Assembly (NCBI GenBank): GCA_963824385.1
Contig: CAWGPD010000002.1
Span: 96,001-160,000 of the forward strand
From: an uncultured Nitrososphaerota archaeon
Lineage (GTDB): Archaea > Thermoproteota > Nitrososphaeria > Nitrososphaerales > Nitrosopumilaceae
Length of the DNA: 64,000 nucleotides
Reading direction: 5' to 3'
Position numbers and translations under genes: made by a program. Positions 21,337-33,992 of this stretch are shown piece by piece. Position 1 is the stretch's first letter, and each line of letters opens with the position of its first letter. The notes under the pieces are model-generated. The model was not told where the DNA came from, made no database searches, and saw nothing but the letters and a program-made list of their open reading frames with translations.

Positions 21337-22163
21337 ATCTGTTAGAGATATATTATTGATGAAAAATTCTAAAAAAATTACAGTTATCACTGCATATGAT
21401 TATACGACATCTCAACTTTGTGACAAATCTGGTGTTGACATGTTACTTGTAGGTGATAGTGCTGGAATGGTGATGCTTGGATATGACAATACAATTCCTG
21501 TTACAATGGACCAGATGTGTCTTTTTACAGAGGCTGTTGCAAGGGGAAGACAAAACGCACTTGTTGTTGCAGACATGCCTTTCATGTCATACCAATCTAG
21601 TAAATCACAGGCAATTGAAAATGCTGGAAGGCTGATCAAAGCAGGGGCAGATGCAGTAAAACTTGAGGGTGGAGTTGAGATTAAAGATACAATACATGCA
21701 ATTGTTGAGATTGGAATTCCTGTGATGGGACACATTGGATTTCAGCCTCAAACTACAACATTACAAGAAGGCTACAAGGTTCAGGCAAAGACAAAAGATG
21801 CTGCAGTAAAGCTGAATTGAATCAGCCAAAGCCCTTGAGAAGGCAGGTGTATTTAGTATAGCACTTGAGATGGTGACAAAAGAAGTCTCAAAGATTATTT
21901 CAAACTCTATTGTAATACCAACAATTGGTATAGGTTCTGGTCCTGACTGTGATGGACAAGTGCTTGTAGTTCATGATGTCTTGGGCTTGTATGAAAAAAT
22001 TAAACCAAAGTTTGCAAAAAGATACTTGGAGTTATCTTCTGATATTGTAAAAGCTGTCGAGTCTTACAAAAATGATGTAGTATCAGGCAAGTTTCCAAGT
22101 ATAGAACACTCTTTTTCCATGGATAAATCTGAATTAGAGAGGCTGAAAAAAGAACTTGTCTAA
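21329..22163 (+). CDS. panB: 3-methyl-2-oxobutanoate hydroxymethyltransferase (frameshift ~21815)
   Basis: TAYDY, LVGDS, DMPFMSY, VKLEGG, PTIGIGSG..CDGQVLV across two frames. Confidence 0.93.
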
Positions 22164-23390
22164 AAAACATCCTTCTTTGGATATAATAGGCTCTGATGGT
22201 ACTGAGCTTTCAGGAAAGAAAATTATTTTGTGCATATCAGGAAGTGTTGCAGCATACAAGTCAATTGAACTGGCTAGATTGTTGATGCGACATGGAGCAG
22301 ATGTTACTTGTGTTGCAAGTAAAGTCTGCAACTGACTTGATAAAACCAAGTGACTTCAAGTGGGCGACAGGAAATGAAGTAATTACAAAATTAACTGGAG
22401 ATTTGGAGCACATCAAGGTTGCAGATTATAAACAGTCTGATTGCATTATAGTATACCCATGTACTGCAAATACACTTGGTAAATTAGCAAATGGAATTGA
22501 TGATACGCCAATCTCTACTGTGTTAAGTGTTGGATTGGGTTCCAAGATTCCAATTGTTATAGGACTTGCAATGCATCAGGCAATGTATGAAAATCCTGCA
22601 GTTGTAAAAAATATTGAATTTCTAAAAAATAAAGTTGATTTTATTTCTCCAAACTTTGTTGAGGGAAAGGCAAAAGCTGCTGAACCTGAAGAGATACTTG
22701 ATTATACATTACAAAAGTTTGGCTCTTCATCTGTTCTCAAGGGAAAAAAAGTGCTTATCACTGCAGGTCCTACCATAGAGTATATTGATCCTGTTAGGGT
22801 CATAACAAATCAAAGTACAGGCAAGACCGGAGTATTACTTGCATCAGAATTTGTCTCAGCAGGCTCCAAGGTTACTATGATTTATGGCTCTGGAATGAGA
22901 ATCTCCGCCAAAAGGTGCCAAGATAGTACGAGTGGAGACTAGTGAAGAGATGAGTAATGCAATAAAAAAAGAAATGAAGCAAAAGTTTGATATTGTGATA
23001 CTTGCAGCAGCAGTTTCTGACTATACACCAGAAAAGCCAAGCAAAACTAAACTTGACAGTGATCTTCTCAGGATCTCTTTGAAATTAAAAAGAGTGCCTA
23101 AGATGATTAATGATGTGAAAAAAATCCAGAGTGATGCATTTCTTGTTGGATTCAAGGCAGAAGCTAATGTATCAAAAAAAGATTTGATAAGCAAAGCAAG
23201 AGAAAAGTTGAGTCAATCAGGCTGTGATCTTGTAATTGCAAATGATATAGGCACTAAATACAAGGAAAATCCAGATTACAACAATGTGATAGCTGTTAAT
23301 TCAAAAACTTCTATCGAATCAGGATGGAAGAGTAAATCCAAAGTTGTAAAGTTTATCAGAAATGAAATAGAAAAACAAATTTCACACTAG
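22156..23390 (+). CDS. coaBC: Phosphopantothenoylcysteine decarboxylase/synthetase (frameshifts ~22325, ~22895)
   Basis: TTG start at 22156 (MSKKHPSLDI..ISGSVAAYK), PCTANTLGK, TAGPT.E.IDPVR, AAAVSDY, VGFKAE. Confidence 0.92.
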
Positions 23391-23635
23391 AGATCATATT
23401 GTAAAGGCCTAATTAGTTTGAACTTTCCATCTGAATCCATTTCAAATAATTGAGAAGATTCACTTGGATTACCTTGCTTATGCTTTGACAAAAATACCAT
23501 ACAGGTGTATTTATTCAGATATGGACATGCTTTGATGAGTTCATTTAATGAGAAAGGTTCCATTAACTTGCCTGACTTTATTGTCCTAACAATTGTTCTG
23601 TAAATAACATGTACTGCCATACTATTCAGATACAC
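23387..23635 (-). CDS. Small hypothetical protein (possible winged helix)
   Basis: 82-aa ORF between convergent and tandem genes. Confidence 0.55.
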   Translation of the reverse strand: MYLNSMAVHVIYRTIVRTIKSGKLMEPFSLNELIKACPYLNKYTCMVFLSKHKQGNPSESSQLFEMDSDGKFKLIRPLQYDL

Positions 23636-23657
23636 TAGTACTGTTTGAACATTGGCT

Positions 23658-24722
23658 TTAGATTACAATCAATTCTTTTGTGAATTTGTGCATAACTTCG
23701 ACCTTGTTTCCAACTATAACAGAATCTTCTATTCTCACACCAAACTTTCGTGGAATGTATATTCCAGGTTCTACAGTCACTGCCATGTTTTTTAATAATA
23801 CAGCCTTGCTTGATGGACCAAGATTTGGAAGCTCATGCACCTCAAGTCCTATACCGTGACCTGTAGAGTGGATAAAATATTTTCCATACTTTTTCTTTTC
23901 AATTAATTTTCTACAAGCATCATCCACAGATTTGCATGATACATTTGGTTTAACAGCTTTGAGTCCTGCCTCTTGTGATTGTCGTACAATCTCATAGACT
24001 TTTTTTGCTTCGGCTGATACTGAGCCAAGGCCAAATGTTCTAGTTGCATCAGTAACATATCCTTTGTATCGTAAAGTAAGATCAACTACAATCATGTCAC
24101 CGTTTTTGAATTTTCGATCAGTTACCTGTGCATGTGGTAAAGAACCATTTGGACCACCTGCAATGATCAATGGATGTAGTGTTGACTTGTATCCAGTAGA
24201 AAACATTCCTCTTTCCATTGCATATTGCATTAATATGGTTTGAAGTTGAGCCTCTGACTGGCCTATCATTAATTCATCTACACACATCTCGTACATTTCA
24301 TCTAGTATCGAAGATGCCTTTCGTAATAGAGTAATCTCTTGCAAGTCTTTTACTTGTCTTGCATGATAAAATGGATCAGTTGAAGACCGTACCGAAGTAA
24401 GGGATCTCTTTAGGCTCTCTACTATGTTGTAACTGTCACTGTCTGTACACACTTTTCTTCCTCTTAACATCTTGACAAGTGTAGCAAGAGAGCCCTTTCC
24501 ACGTTCAGACTTGACTACGTCACAACCAGTGGACTCGTCCTTTGCACGTCCCATCTCAAGTTCTGGGGATACAATAGTACAGCCATTTTTATCCAATATT
24601 CCAATTGCTTCGCCCCAAAATCCAGTCATGTAAAATAGATTTTCAGGTTCAAATGCAACTAGCGTATCACATCCTATATCATTACAATATTTTAGTAGAT
24701 TCCTTCTGCGTTGATTCAACAC
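23658..24722 (-). CDS. Xaa-Pro aminopeptidase (M24B)
   Basis: D..RT, HSTGHGIGLEVHE, TVEPGIY, GVRIED. Confidence 0.93.
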   Translation of the reverse strand: MLNQRRRNLLKYCNDIGCDTLVAFEPENLFYMTGFWGEAIGILDKNGCTIVSPELEMGRAKDESTGCDVVKSERGKGSLATLVKMLRGRKVCTDSDSYNIVESLKRSLTSVRSSTDPFYHARQVKDLQEITLLRKASSILDEMYEMCVDELMIGQSEAQLQTILMQYAMERGMFSTGYKSTLHPLIIAGGPNGSLPHAQVTDRKFKNGDMIVVDLTLRYKGYVTDATRTFGLGSVSAEAKKVYEIVRQSQEAGLKAVKPNVSCKSVDDACRKLIEKKKYGKYFIHSTGHGIGLEVHELPNLGPSSKAVLLKNMAVTVEPGIYIPRKFGVRIEDSVIVGNKVEVMHKFTKELIVI

Positions 24723-24751
24723 AACAATTCTAACTCTTTACTATTTTACAT

Positions 24752-25798
24752 TTGCTGGAAGGTTTAGATATTGGAAAAAGACTTTCTGGATTTGTGGAAG
24801 AGAAAAAGAAAGTTGTAGCATTACTATCAGGAGGACTAGATAGTAGACTAGCAGTAAAAATGATGCAAAATCAAGGATTTGATGTTACTGCTGTTGCGAT
24901 AAAAACTCCGTTTTGTGATTTTGATTGTGGAAGAGGTTGTGGATTTGAAATTAGAGAGACTGCAGACTCACTAGGTGTTGATCTAAAAACTGTATATCTT
25001 GGTGATGATTATATTGAGATGTTAAAAAATCCAAGGCACGGTTACGGTTCTGGTATGAATCCATGCATTGATTGTAGATCAATGATGTTCAAGGCTGGCA
25101 AAAAAGTAATGGACGATATCGGTGCAGAATTTATCATATCAGGTGAAGTTCTTGGTCAAAGACCAATGAGTCAATTTGCTCCAGCTTTGAAAACAATAGA
25201 AAGAGAATCCGGACTGGAAGGAATCATAGTCAGACCACTTTCTGCAGCATTGTTACCACCAACACAGCCTGAAATTGATGGAATAATTAAAAGAGAAAAT
25301 CTTGGAATGATCCGTGGACGTTCAAGAAAAGAACAATTGAAGATGGCTAAAGAATTTGGTTTTGATAATCCACCAAATGCAGGAGGAGGATGTTTACTAA
25401 CTGATCCAGCATTTGCAATTAGAGCAAAAGATCTTTTTCATCATATCGAGACACCGACAACAAACGATATTGATCTTTTAAAGATTGGAAGACATTTTAG
25501 ATTTGATGAGAAGACAAAATTAATTGTTGGAAGACATAAGGATGAGAATGAAATGCTAAAAGCTCTTGCATTACCTGGTGATGTTTTATTTGATACAAAG
25601 GATCATGTCGGCCCAATCTCAATGTTACGTGGTGAGGATTCTGAGAAAAATCTCAAATTAGCTGCAGCTATCACATTACGATATTCTGATGCACCAAAGG
25701 ATATGCCATGTTTAGTACTAACAGAAAAGAATGATACAAGGTCAGAGATTTCTACTGCTTCGGTTACAGAATCAGAATACCTCCAGTATAGAATTTAG
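24752..25798 (+). CDS. PP-loop tRNA sulfurtransferase-like protein (ThiI/MnmA-like with DUF814-type tail)
   Basis: LLSGGLDS, NPCIDCR, GEVLGQRPMSQ, GGGCLLTDP, GRHFR. Confidence 0.82.
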   Translation: MLEGLDIGKRLSGFVEEKKKVVALLSGGLDSRLAVKMMQNQGFDVTAVAIKTPFCDFDCGRGCGFEIRETADSLGVDLKTVYLGDDYIEMLKNPRHGYGSGMNPCIDCRSMMFKAGKKVMDDIGAEFIISGEVLGQRPMSQFAPALKTIERESGLEGIIVRPLSAALLPPTQPEIDGIIKRENLGMIRGRSRKEQLKMAKEFGFDNPPNAGGGCLLTDPAFAIRAKDLFHHIETPTTNDIDLLKIGRHFRFDEKTKLIVGRHKDENEMLKALALPGDVLFDTKDHVGPISMLRGEDSEKNLKLAAAITLRYSDAPKDMPCLVLTEKNDTRSEISTASVTESEYLQYRI

Positions 25799-25870
25799 TC
25801 ATACTACCCAATCTGTGAATTGCATTTGACTGCAAAGACTTTTTGAGGGAGTTGATCGCTTACAAATGGT

Positions 25871-26149
25871 ATGCAGACACAAAAGGCTCCCACTTACCTC
25901 AAAGCAATAACTTTGAGGGACTATAGTGATGTTCATGGTGTTAAAGAGGATATCAAAAAGGGAATGATTCTAGTTCTCAGGGTAACCCCACTTGCACAAA
26001 AAAATGTGGATGAGCTTAGAAAGGCAGTAGAAGAGATTTACAATATTGCAAAGAATGCAGATGCAGATATTGCAAGACTTGGCGAAGAGAGGATCATTGT
26101 TACTCCGTCTGGAGTAAAGATCTGGAGAGCCGAGTACGATCTAAAGTAG
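25871..26149 (+). CDS. sepF: Archaeal SepF-like protein (DUF552)
   Basis: DIARLGEERIIVTPSGVKI C-terminal motif. Confidence 0.75.
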   Translation: MQTQKAPTYLKAITLRDYSDVHGVKEDIKKGMILVLRVTPLAQKNVDELRKAVEEIYNIAKNADADIARLGEERIIVTPSGVKIWRAEYDLK

Positions 26150-28073
26150 TCTGATTCCTTCTTGTACCTGTGGACAGGTTGTTGCAATCCTAAACATTCT
26201 ATGTACTGAGCTTGCCAAGTTTTCACACTTGCGTCGTTCACCATGATTTACAATTACTCTTCTAAGTTTTGGTCTGAGTCGGTGGATATAGGACATTAAC
26301 TGATTGTAATCACTGTGACCACTAAATCCATCAAGTTTTTCAGTTGAACAGTTGATATTGATTACTTCAATTTTTCCATCCTTTCCAACAACAGATACTT
26401 GTCTTGAGCCATCAAGAACTCTTCTTCCCAAAGTTCCGTTTACTTGGTATGATACAAACAAGATCTTGTTTTTCTGAACTGGTGCAATATTTTTAAAGTA
26501 TTCAAGTACTGGTCCACCTTCTAACATACCAGACGTTGCCATTATTATAGATGGTCCTTCACGTAATGGTTCTTCTCTCGCATCAGAGTGTTCAATATTT
26601 GTAAAATATTCAGAATCAAATGGATTATCATCTGTCTCAAGGATCTTTTGTCGAAGTTCTCGTGCAAGATATTCTGGATATGATTCATGAATTGCAGTTG
26701 CCTCTGAGATCATTCCCTCTGTAAATACAGGAGCTTCCATTAGTTGTCCTTGTTTCATGTATTGATCTATCACCATCATTAGTTCCTGTGCACGGCCTAC
26801 TGCAGGAATTGGAATAAGCACTTTTCCGCCATTTCGTAATGTTTCATTTACTGATTTGATAAATGCGGCTTCTACTTCTTCTCTGGTTGACTGGATGTCT
26901 TCTTTCGCACCATAAGTACTCTCAATTAGCAAGGTTTCAACTCTTGGAAAGTTCCAAGAAGCACTCTCAAATAGCATGGATTTTCCATATTTTAGATCCC
27001 CTGTATAGACAAAGTTGTGATTACCGTTTCCTATATGGAAGTGGCAGCTTGCAGAACCCAAAATGTGTCCTGCATTTGAGAATACTAGTTTGATATCAGG
27101 TGATATGTCAGTTACAGTTCCATATGATAACGGTATAGTCTGCTTCATGACCTGTTTGACATCACGCTCAGAATATAGTGGAACTCTACCTTGTGCTGCT
27201 GCAACTTTTATCGCATCAAGTCTGAATTAGATTCATCATAGGTAGGGTTGGCTCTGTACAATAGATAGGACCCTTATAGCCATACTTGAACAAAACCGGT
27301 AGAAATCCCGTGTGGTCTAGGTGAGCATGGCTGATTACAACGGCATCAAGTTCGTCTAGTGTTATGTTTGGCCAGTCAAGTCTAGGATATGCATCTATTG
27401 GATTTCTTGCACCTGGGTTTATTCCACAGTCAATTAGGATCTTGCTTTCATGAGTGGTAAGCAACATGCAGGATCTTCCTACCTGACTAAATCCTCCCAA
27501 TGTCATCAGTGAGACTTCTGCATCCTCAGAGAGTTTTGGTCTGAATATTTGTTCACCGACCTGTCTGAGGTGTTTGCTTCTCTCAGTTGAAGAAATTTTT
27601 AGATTATAATTGATAGTTTGAATTGTAGAAGATTGGCTTGCAGTTGTCTTTCTAATTCGTACTCTCCATCCAGTCTTTGAGACAATCTCTGGCATGTTAA
27701 AGGCTTCAAGATTGTTAAGAAGCCATGGCCGCTTTACATCAACTGTCATTTCACCTGTTGCAGTATCAAAGAAAGTTCCTCCAAGTTCTGCTTCTTTTGG
27801 AAGCATTTGAGTTAGAATCTGTCTTGATTCTTCCTCATTTTTTCGGATTGATTCTTCTGTTCTAACTACAATTCTTTTTTTGATAACATTTACCATGTTA
27901 GAGATTACTTCGTTGTGTTCCATCAGATATTTTGGATTCTTTGTGTAGATTGCAATCCTTGGTCCTTCATAATCTATCTTAGTTACATCAGCTTCCTTTG
28001 GTATACTTTGCAGTATTGTTGCCATTATGTTTTGGGCTGGAGATAGTTCACGTGGTGCTAATTTTCTTTGCAT
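26141..28073 (-). CDS. Beta-CASP ribonuclease aCPSF1/FttA (frameshift ~27221)
   Basis: KH domains, SHAHLDH, AGHILGS, ESTYG, GFSGHSD, HGE. Deleting one base joins the two ORFs (NLIQLDAIKVA). Confidence 0.95.
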
Positions 28074-28080
28074 TAAATCA

Positions 28081-28713
28081 CTAAAGCGTAATTATGGCCT
28101 TTTTCTGGTCTTTTGTTAAGAGTCTATATCCCTGTTTGTCGATTATTGCGACATTAATTCCATCACCGGTTCCAATGTTTCTTGTGATTGCAGCTTTTAC
28201 TGCTCTTAGGGCTATTATTTTTCCTTCCTCTACTGTTAGGCCATCACGATACTCATTTTCCAAGAGACCGTATGCTACTGGAGAACCACTTCCAGTTGTC
28301 ACAAATGTTTTCTTATCAAGTGATCCAAACATGTCAATGTTGTAAAGTGCTGGACCCTGTTGGTCATATCCTCCAACTAGGATATCAGCCATAAATGGAT
28401 AGTATCTATTTTGGAAGAAGATCAATGATGCAAGTCTTGCAATTGATTTGATTGGTAGAACTTCTTGTTTTTCTATTCTATGAATGTTTGAATGATATCG
28501 TAACATGTCTGTAACATTTTGTGCATCTGCAACACCACCTGCAATTGTCATTCCTGCATGATTATCGATCTTTTGGATCTTCATAGTATTGTTATTTGCT
28601 ATAAAATATCCTGCGCTAGCTCTCATATCTGCGCATAAAACTACTCCGTCGGTACAGTGTATTCCAACTGTAGTTGTTCCGTGGTATGTGTGTTGTTCGA
28701 TATAGTCTGACAA
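28081..28713 (-). CDS. psmB: Proteasome subunit beta
   Basis: HG|TTTVG propeptide cleavage site, GSGS; conserved adjacency to aCPSF1. Confidence 0.95.
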   Translation of the reverse strand: MSDYIEQHTYHGTTTVGIHCTDGVVLCADMRASAGYFIANNNTMKIQKIDNHAGMTIAGGVADAQNVTDMLRYHSNIHRIEKQEVLPIKSIARLASLIFFQNRYYPFMADILVGGYDQQGPALYNIDMFGSLDKKTFVTTGSGSPVAYGLLENEYRDGLTVEEGKIIALRAVKAAITRNIGTGDGINVAIIDKQGYRLLTKDQKKAIITL

Positions 28714-28818
28714 ATAACTTACTCCTAACTTGAGATACTGTCAGTTTGGAATTCACCCGCTTAAATAACTTTGGATCATCTAGGATATCGATAAATAACC
28801 AAGTTTCAAGTGAAAACC

Positions 28819-29858
28819 ATGGCTTCTCATATAATGGAGTACCAAGAAAGATACTCATAGGTGAGAATAACATTTCAGATGTAGGAAATTTTCTCGTAGG
28901 CCTATCAGATCCAAAGAAGGTTTCTCTAGTTTCAGGCGACAAGGTAAGAAAAATTACAGATAAGAAAATTTCAACTTCACTCTCAGATTCAAAAATCAAG
29001 TTTGTGTGGCATCGTAGTATTAGCAATGATGTCAAAGCTGCAAAAAAAACACTTTTTGATATAAAGAAAGACAAAAGCGACTTGATTATAGGAATTGGTG
29101 GAGGCAGATCTGTTGACATTGCAAAAATGATTGCGTTTACATTAAGGAAACCATTTGTAAGCATTCCAACCTCTGCTTCACATGATGGTATTGCAAGTCC
29201 TTTTGTTTCCTTGCGTGGGGACAAGCCATATTCTATTATTGCAACAGCACCACTTGGAGTCTTTGTAGATATTGCAATTCTAAAGAAAGCTCCAAGAAGA
29301 CTCTTAGCTAGTGGTTGTGGTGATCTAATGGCCAAAGTTACTGCAGTACGAGATTGGGAACTTGCAAGAGATGAAGTTGGAGAATATTTTGGAACTTATG
29401 CAGCAAATTTAGCATCCATGAGTGCAAAGATAGTTATCGATAATTCAAAAAATTTCAAGAAAAATCCAGATGTTAGAATGATTGTTGAAGCTTTGATAAG
29501 TTCAGGTGTTGCTGCCTGCATTGCAGGAAGTAGTAGGCCATGTTCTGGTGCAGAACACTTGTTTTCTCATGCAGTTGATCATATCAAACCAGGCATTGGT
29601 CTACATGGAGAAAAGTGCGGTATTGGTGCAATATTGATTGCAAAGATTCAAGGTCAAGACTGGAAAAAAATAATTCAGATGCTAAAAAATGTTGGAGCGC
29701 CAACTAAAGCAAGAGAGATCGGACTTGAACCAAAGATTCTTGCAAGAGCATTGACAATTGCTCAATCATTAAGACCTGAAAGATATACAATTCTAAGTAA
29801 GGTAAAAATGAATGAAGAAAAAGCTATAGAGATTGCAAAAAGTACTGGTGTACTATAG
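28819..29858 (+). CDS. egsA: sn-glycerol-1-phosphate dehydrogenase (probable 1-nt deletion ~28839)
   Basis: GGGRSVD, PTSASHDGIASP, SRPCSGAEH, HGEKCG. ATG at 28819 gives MASHIMELPRKILIG if one base is restored. Confidence 0.93.
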
Positions 29859-29860
29859 TT

Positions 29861-30598
29861 CTAAGCTGCTTTTGGCTCAGCTGGCTTTGCTTCAGCTGGT
29901 TTTTGTTCTGCTGGTTTTGGTTTGTTGTAGGTATCTACAAAGTTAACTTTCTCTAGTTTTGGTACAAACTTGAAAATTTCATTTGCGATTGCACGTTTAA
30001 CAATTTGGAGACCTTCCATCATCATTGCTTCTTCAGGGATATTAACATCAAGTTCTGTTCCTTTAATCTCAAACTTGATCTTTGATTCTTCAATTGGAAA
30101 TCTTCTTTTGAGTAATCCCAAGACTTTGTCTTGGTCTGTATCTAGTGACTTGATAACATTAAGATCATAAACGATTGTTCTTCCTGCAAATCTGTGATTA
30201 AAATCGACTTGGACTCTTCCAGAACCGATAAATCTTACAATTCCAGTCCTTTCATCTAGTTCTATGGTATCTCCTACGTTTACTTTTTCTGCATCTTCTC
30301 CAAGTTTTCTAAGTGGAACCATACGAATTTTAGCTGGATCTCTTGTTCCAAATCCTTTCTCTGGTGGAACTTCGATTGAAAGTTTGTCACCTACTTTGGT
30401 ATTAGCAAGTGCATCATCCAGACCTTTTAGAACCCACGACTCTCCTACAGAAATGAGTCTTGGTTGATATTTGACATTTGCATCATAAGTTGAATTTGAT
30501 TTAGCATCAGCTTCTCGTGTTGTCTCAAAGATCTCGTTTGAATCTTTAACCTTTGCAGTATAATCTACAAGAACTAAGGTGCCTTTTTGGAAAGCCAA
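29861..30598 (-). CDS. Long-type archaeal FKBP peptidyl-prolyl isomerase (SlyD-like)
   Basis: VDYT, FETT, VPPEKGFG, VDFNHRFAG; KPAE repeats at the C-terminus. Confidence 0.92.
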   Translation of the reverse strand: MAFQKGTLVLVDYTAKVKDSNEIFETTREADAKSNSTYDANVKYQPRLISVGESWVLKGLDDALANTKVGDKLSIEVPPEKGFGTRDPAKIRMVPLRKLGEDAEKVNVGDTIELDERTGIVRFIGSGRVQVDFNHRFAGRTIVYDLNVIKSLDTDQDKVLGLLKRRFPIEESKIKFEIKGTELDVNIPEEAMMMEGLQIVKRAIANEIFKFVPKLEKVNFVDTYNKPKPAEQKPAEAKPAEPKAA

Positions 30599-30641
30599 CG
30601 TGATCGATCCTTTAACTTCCTTATATTAAGTTAACACGAAA

Positions 30642-31785
30642 TTATAATGACTTTAGTTTATCTTCAGCAACTTTGAGTGCTTCTGGATTTGTTTTGTGTC
30701 CCATCATTTCAAGTGTAGATGCTATTGCAGAGATTGTTCTCATGACATGGTATTTGTGGACTTCACCCATGCATCCAACTCTGAATACTTTACCTTTCAA
30801 TTCGCCAAATCCACCCGCAACAAGAACTCTGAATTTTTCAGAGAGTGTTCCTCTGAATGTCTTATCATCAAGACCTTGGAGATAATTTAGTGCAATTACA
30901 ACTGTAGAACGTGCATCTTCTTTGGCAAATGGAGATAATCCTAGTGTACTTAGTCCACTGTAAAGAGCATCAGAGCAAACTCTGTGCCTTCTAATTCTAT
31001 TTTCAATTCCTTCTTCTAAGATAATGTCAAGTGCCTCTCTGTATGCATACAGTAATGGAATAGCTGGAGTGAATGGTGTTTCTTTTGAATCATCATAATA
31101 CTTGAAGTATCTTGCCATGTTAAAGTAGAATGTGGGTGGTGGATTTGCAATCATGTGTTTCTTTGCTTTCTGGCTAACTGCAATTGGTGAAATTCCTGGA
31201 GGAGCAGCAAGTGCTTTTTGTGCACCTGTTACACAAACATCTACCCCCCATTTGTCCATATGAAATTCTTCTCCGCCAAGTATTGAAACTCCATCTACTA
31301 CATAGAAAGAATCATTTCTTGCGGTGAGATCTTTTACTTTATCAAGATACTTTACCATTGTACCAGTTGAGGTTTCATTCCAAACAACATAGAATGCTTT
31401 TACATCCTTATTGTTGTCAAATGCCTCTTTTACTTGGTCAAAAGTTGCATTTTGTCCAAATGGTGTTGTAAGACGAATAACATTTGCACCAGCCCATTCT
31501 AACATTGTTGAAAGTCTGCTGCTAAATTCACCGTTAACTGGAATTATCACCTTATCGCCTTTCTTTATCATGTTTACAACAGATGCTTCCACTGCTCCAG
31601 TACCAGATGCACTAAGAGTCTACTACGTCACTTGTTGTATCAAAGATTTTCTGACTCTTTTCAATTGTATCTACGTATAATTTTACAAAATCTTTACTTC
31701 TGTGATTTATCATGTGAGTAAACATTGCGCGTGTTACTCTTTCTGGAACATTTGTTGGACCAGGTAGCATTACTAAATATTCCAA
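30642..31785 (-). CDS. Class V PLP aminotransferase (serine-pyruvate/alanine-glyoxylate type; frameshift ~31619)
   Basis: TTG at 31785 gives MEYLVMLPGPTNVP...INHRS, then ASGTGAVEA, NETSTG, TGAQKALAAPPG, FRVGCMG. Confidence 0.9.
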
Positions 31786-31790
31786 ATAAA

Positions 31791-31808
31791 TTCTCCAACT
31801 TTGGAGAA
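31791..31808. promoter_or_regulatory. Perfect 8-2-8 palindrome TTCTCCAA-CT-TTGGAGAA between the TATA box and start of the aminotransferase gene
   Basis: Read directly; TATA-like TTATAAATA on the minus strand at ~31819-31827. Confidence 0.5.
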
Positions 31809-31827
31809 AGTTAACCGCTATTTATAA

Positions 31828-32325
31828 TTAAAGAATCTTGGAAAGCCTGTTTTTTGTGTCTATTTTCAAGAGTACGTTCTTAGTTCCTTCAGGAACAAGG
31901 TCAAACCAGTCTTTGTCATTTACGATCATTTCCCGAATATTTGTTCCTGAAATTATATCTCTCTTCAATAGAGGAACTTCTATGACATTTTTTCCCCTTT
32001 TTTTGTATAGTGTAATAGTAAAGTCATCATTTGAAAAGACTACATCATATTTTGGTACAATAGAATCAACATGATAAGTCCATTTTTCATGATCGCCAGT
32101 ATCAGGTACAAAGAAAATCTTGACATGTTCTAGCATTTTAGAATCAAGTGAAGAAAGAATCATTTCTTTTCGTTCATCAGCTGTGAATGGATTTCTTTTT
32201 TCATAGCTCTTATTTGAGCTCCCAATTCCAATCCATAGATTTTCAACCTTTGATAATCCAAAATTTACAGCTTCGAGATGTCCTTTATGAAATGGTTGGA
32301 ATCTACCAATTAGAAGTCCATTCAT
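31828..32325 (-). CDS. nadM: Nicotinamide-nucleotide adenylyltransferase
   Basis: GRFQPFHKGH, NPFTADER, ISGTNIR. Confidence 0.93.
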   Translation of the reverse strand: MNGLLIGRFQPFHKGHLEAVNFGLSKVENLWIGIGSSNKSYEKRNPFTADERKEMILSSLDSKMLEHVKIFFVPDTGDHEKWTYHVDSIVPKYDVVFSNDDFTITLYKKRGKNVIEVPLLKRDIISGTNIREMIVNDKDWFDLVPEGTKNVLLKIDTKNRLSKIL

Positions 32326-32370
32326 TGTCGAGATCTTGTTTCACTTGTTTAAAAAACCATCATTAATTAG

Positions 32371-33406
<1,036 letters not shown>

Positions 33407-33418
<12 letters not shown>

Positions 33419-33901
33419 ATGAAGTAATGCAGCCATTAGTAGTATGGCTAGGGAGAGTATTACTGTCAGTCTACCCAACATAATAATTTTTGAACGTAGT
33501 TTTTGTAAAAATTCTCCAGAAAGCTGTTTTGATTCAATTTTTCTTTCTATCTCAGTTCGGATTAGTCTTACATGTATAGCAAATGTAATTATCAAAATAA
33601 TTACAAGTATTATTTTGATGAGAAGAACTATTCCATAGTTTGTTGAAAGTATCAATGATGGCTTTACAATAAAGCCAGTTGAGTTGTAAATTCCAGTTAG
33701 AATCAATACAATAAGAGATGGAACTCCAATTTTGTTGAATTTGCGTCCTACGCGTATCATTATTGATAGTCTTCCTTCTATAGAATCTGAAAATGTCTTT
33801 AGAAGAGGAGCAAGAACTATTCCAATGAATATTGAACCACCAACCCAAATTGATGCTGCAATTAGATGCCCCCACATTATGAGCGCGTCAACAAGTGCCA
33901 T
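33407..33901 (-). CDS. CopD-family copper resistance membrane protein
   Basis: HLIAASIWVGG, LTGIYN, YG..L..KI; four TMs. Confidence 0.8.
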
Positions 33902-33992
33902 GACTCTATTTGCAGAATCAACGAATAATATCTATTATCATCTCAACTTCTGAGAAGGTTTTTTAATTGAACAAGCCTCGTAGCTTCTAGAT

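Noticed and set aside
28746..28818. N-terminal extension of egsA from the TTG at 28746
   Set aside because: This is promoter DNA read through because of a 1-nt deletion; ATG 28819 gives the expected N-terminus.
28616..29335. 239-aa antisense ORF and other overlapping shadow ORFs in the track
   Set aside because: They lie opposite or within well-supported genes and show no protein motifs.
29861..29920. Short 15-bp-period repeat
   Set aside because: It encodes the KPAE low-complexity tail of the FKBP protein; not a CRISPR or DNA-level repeat.
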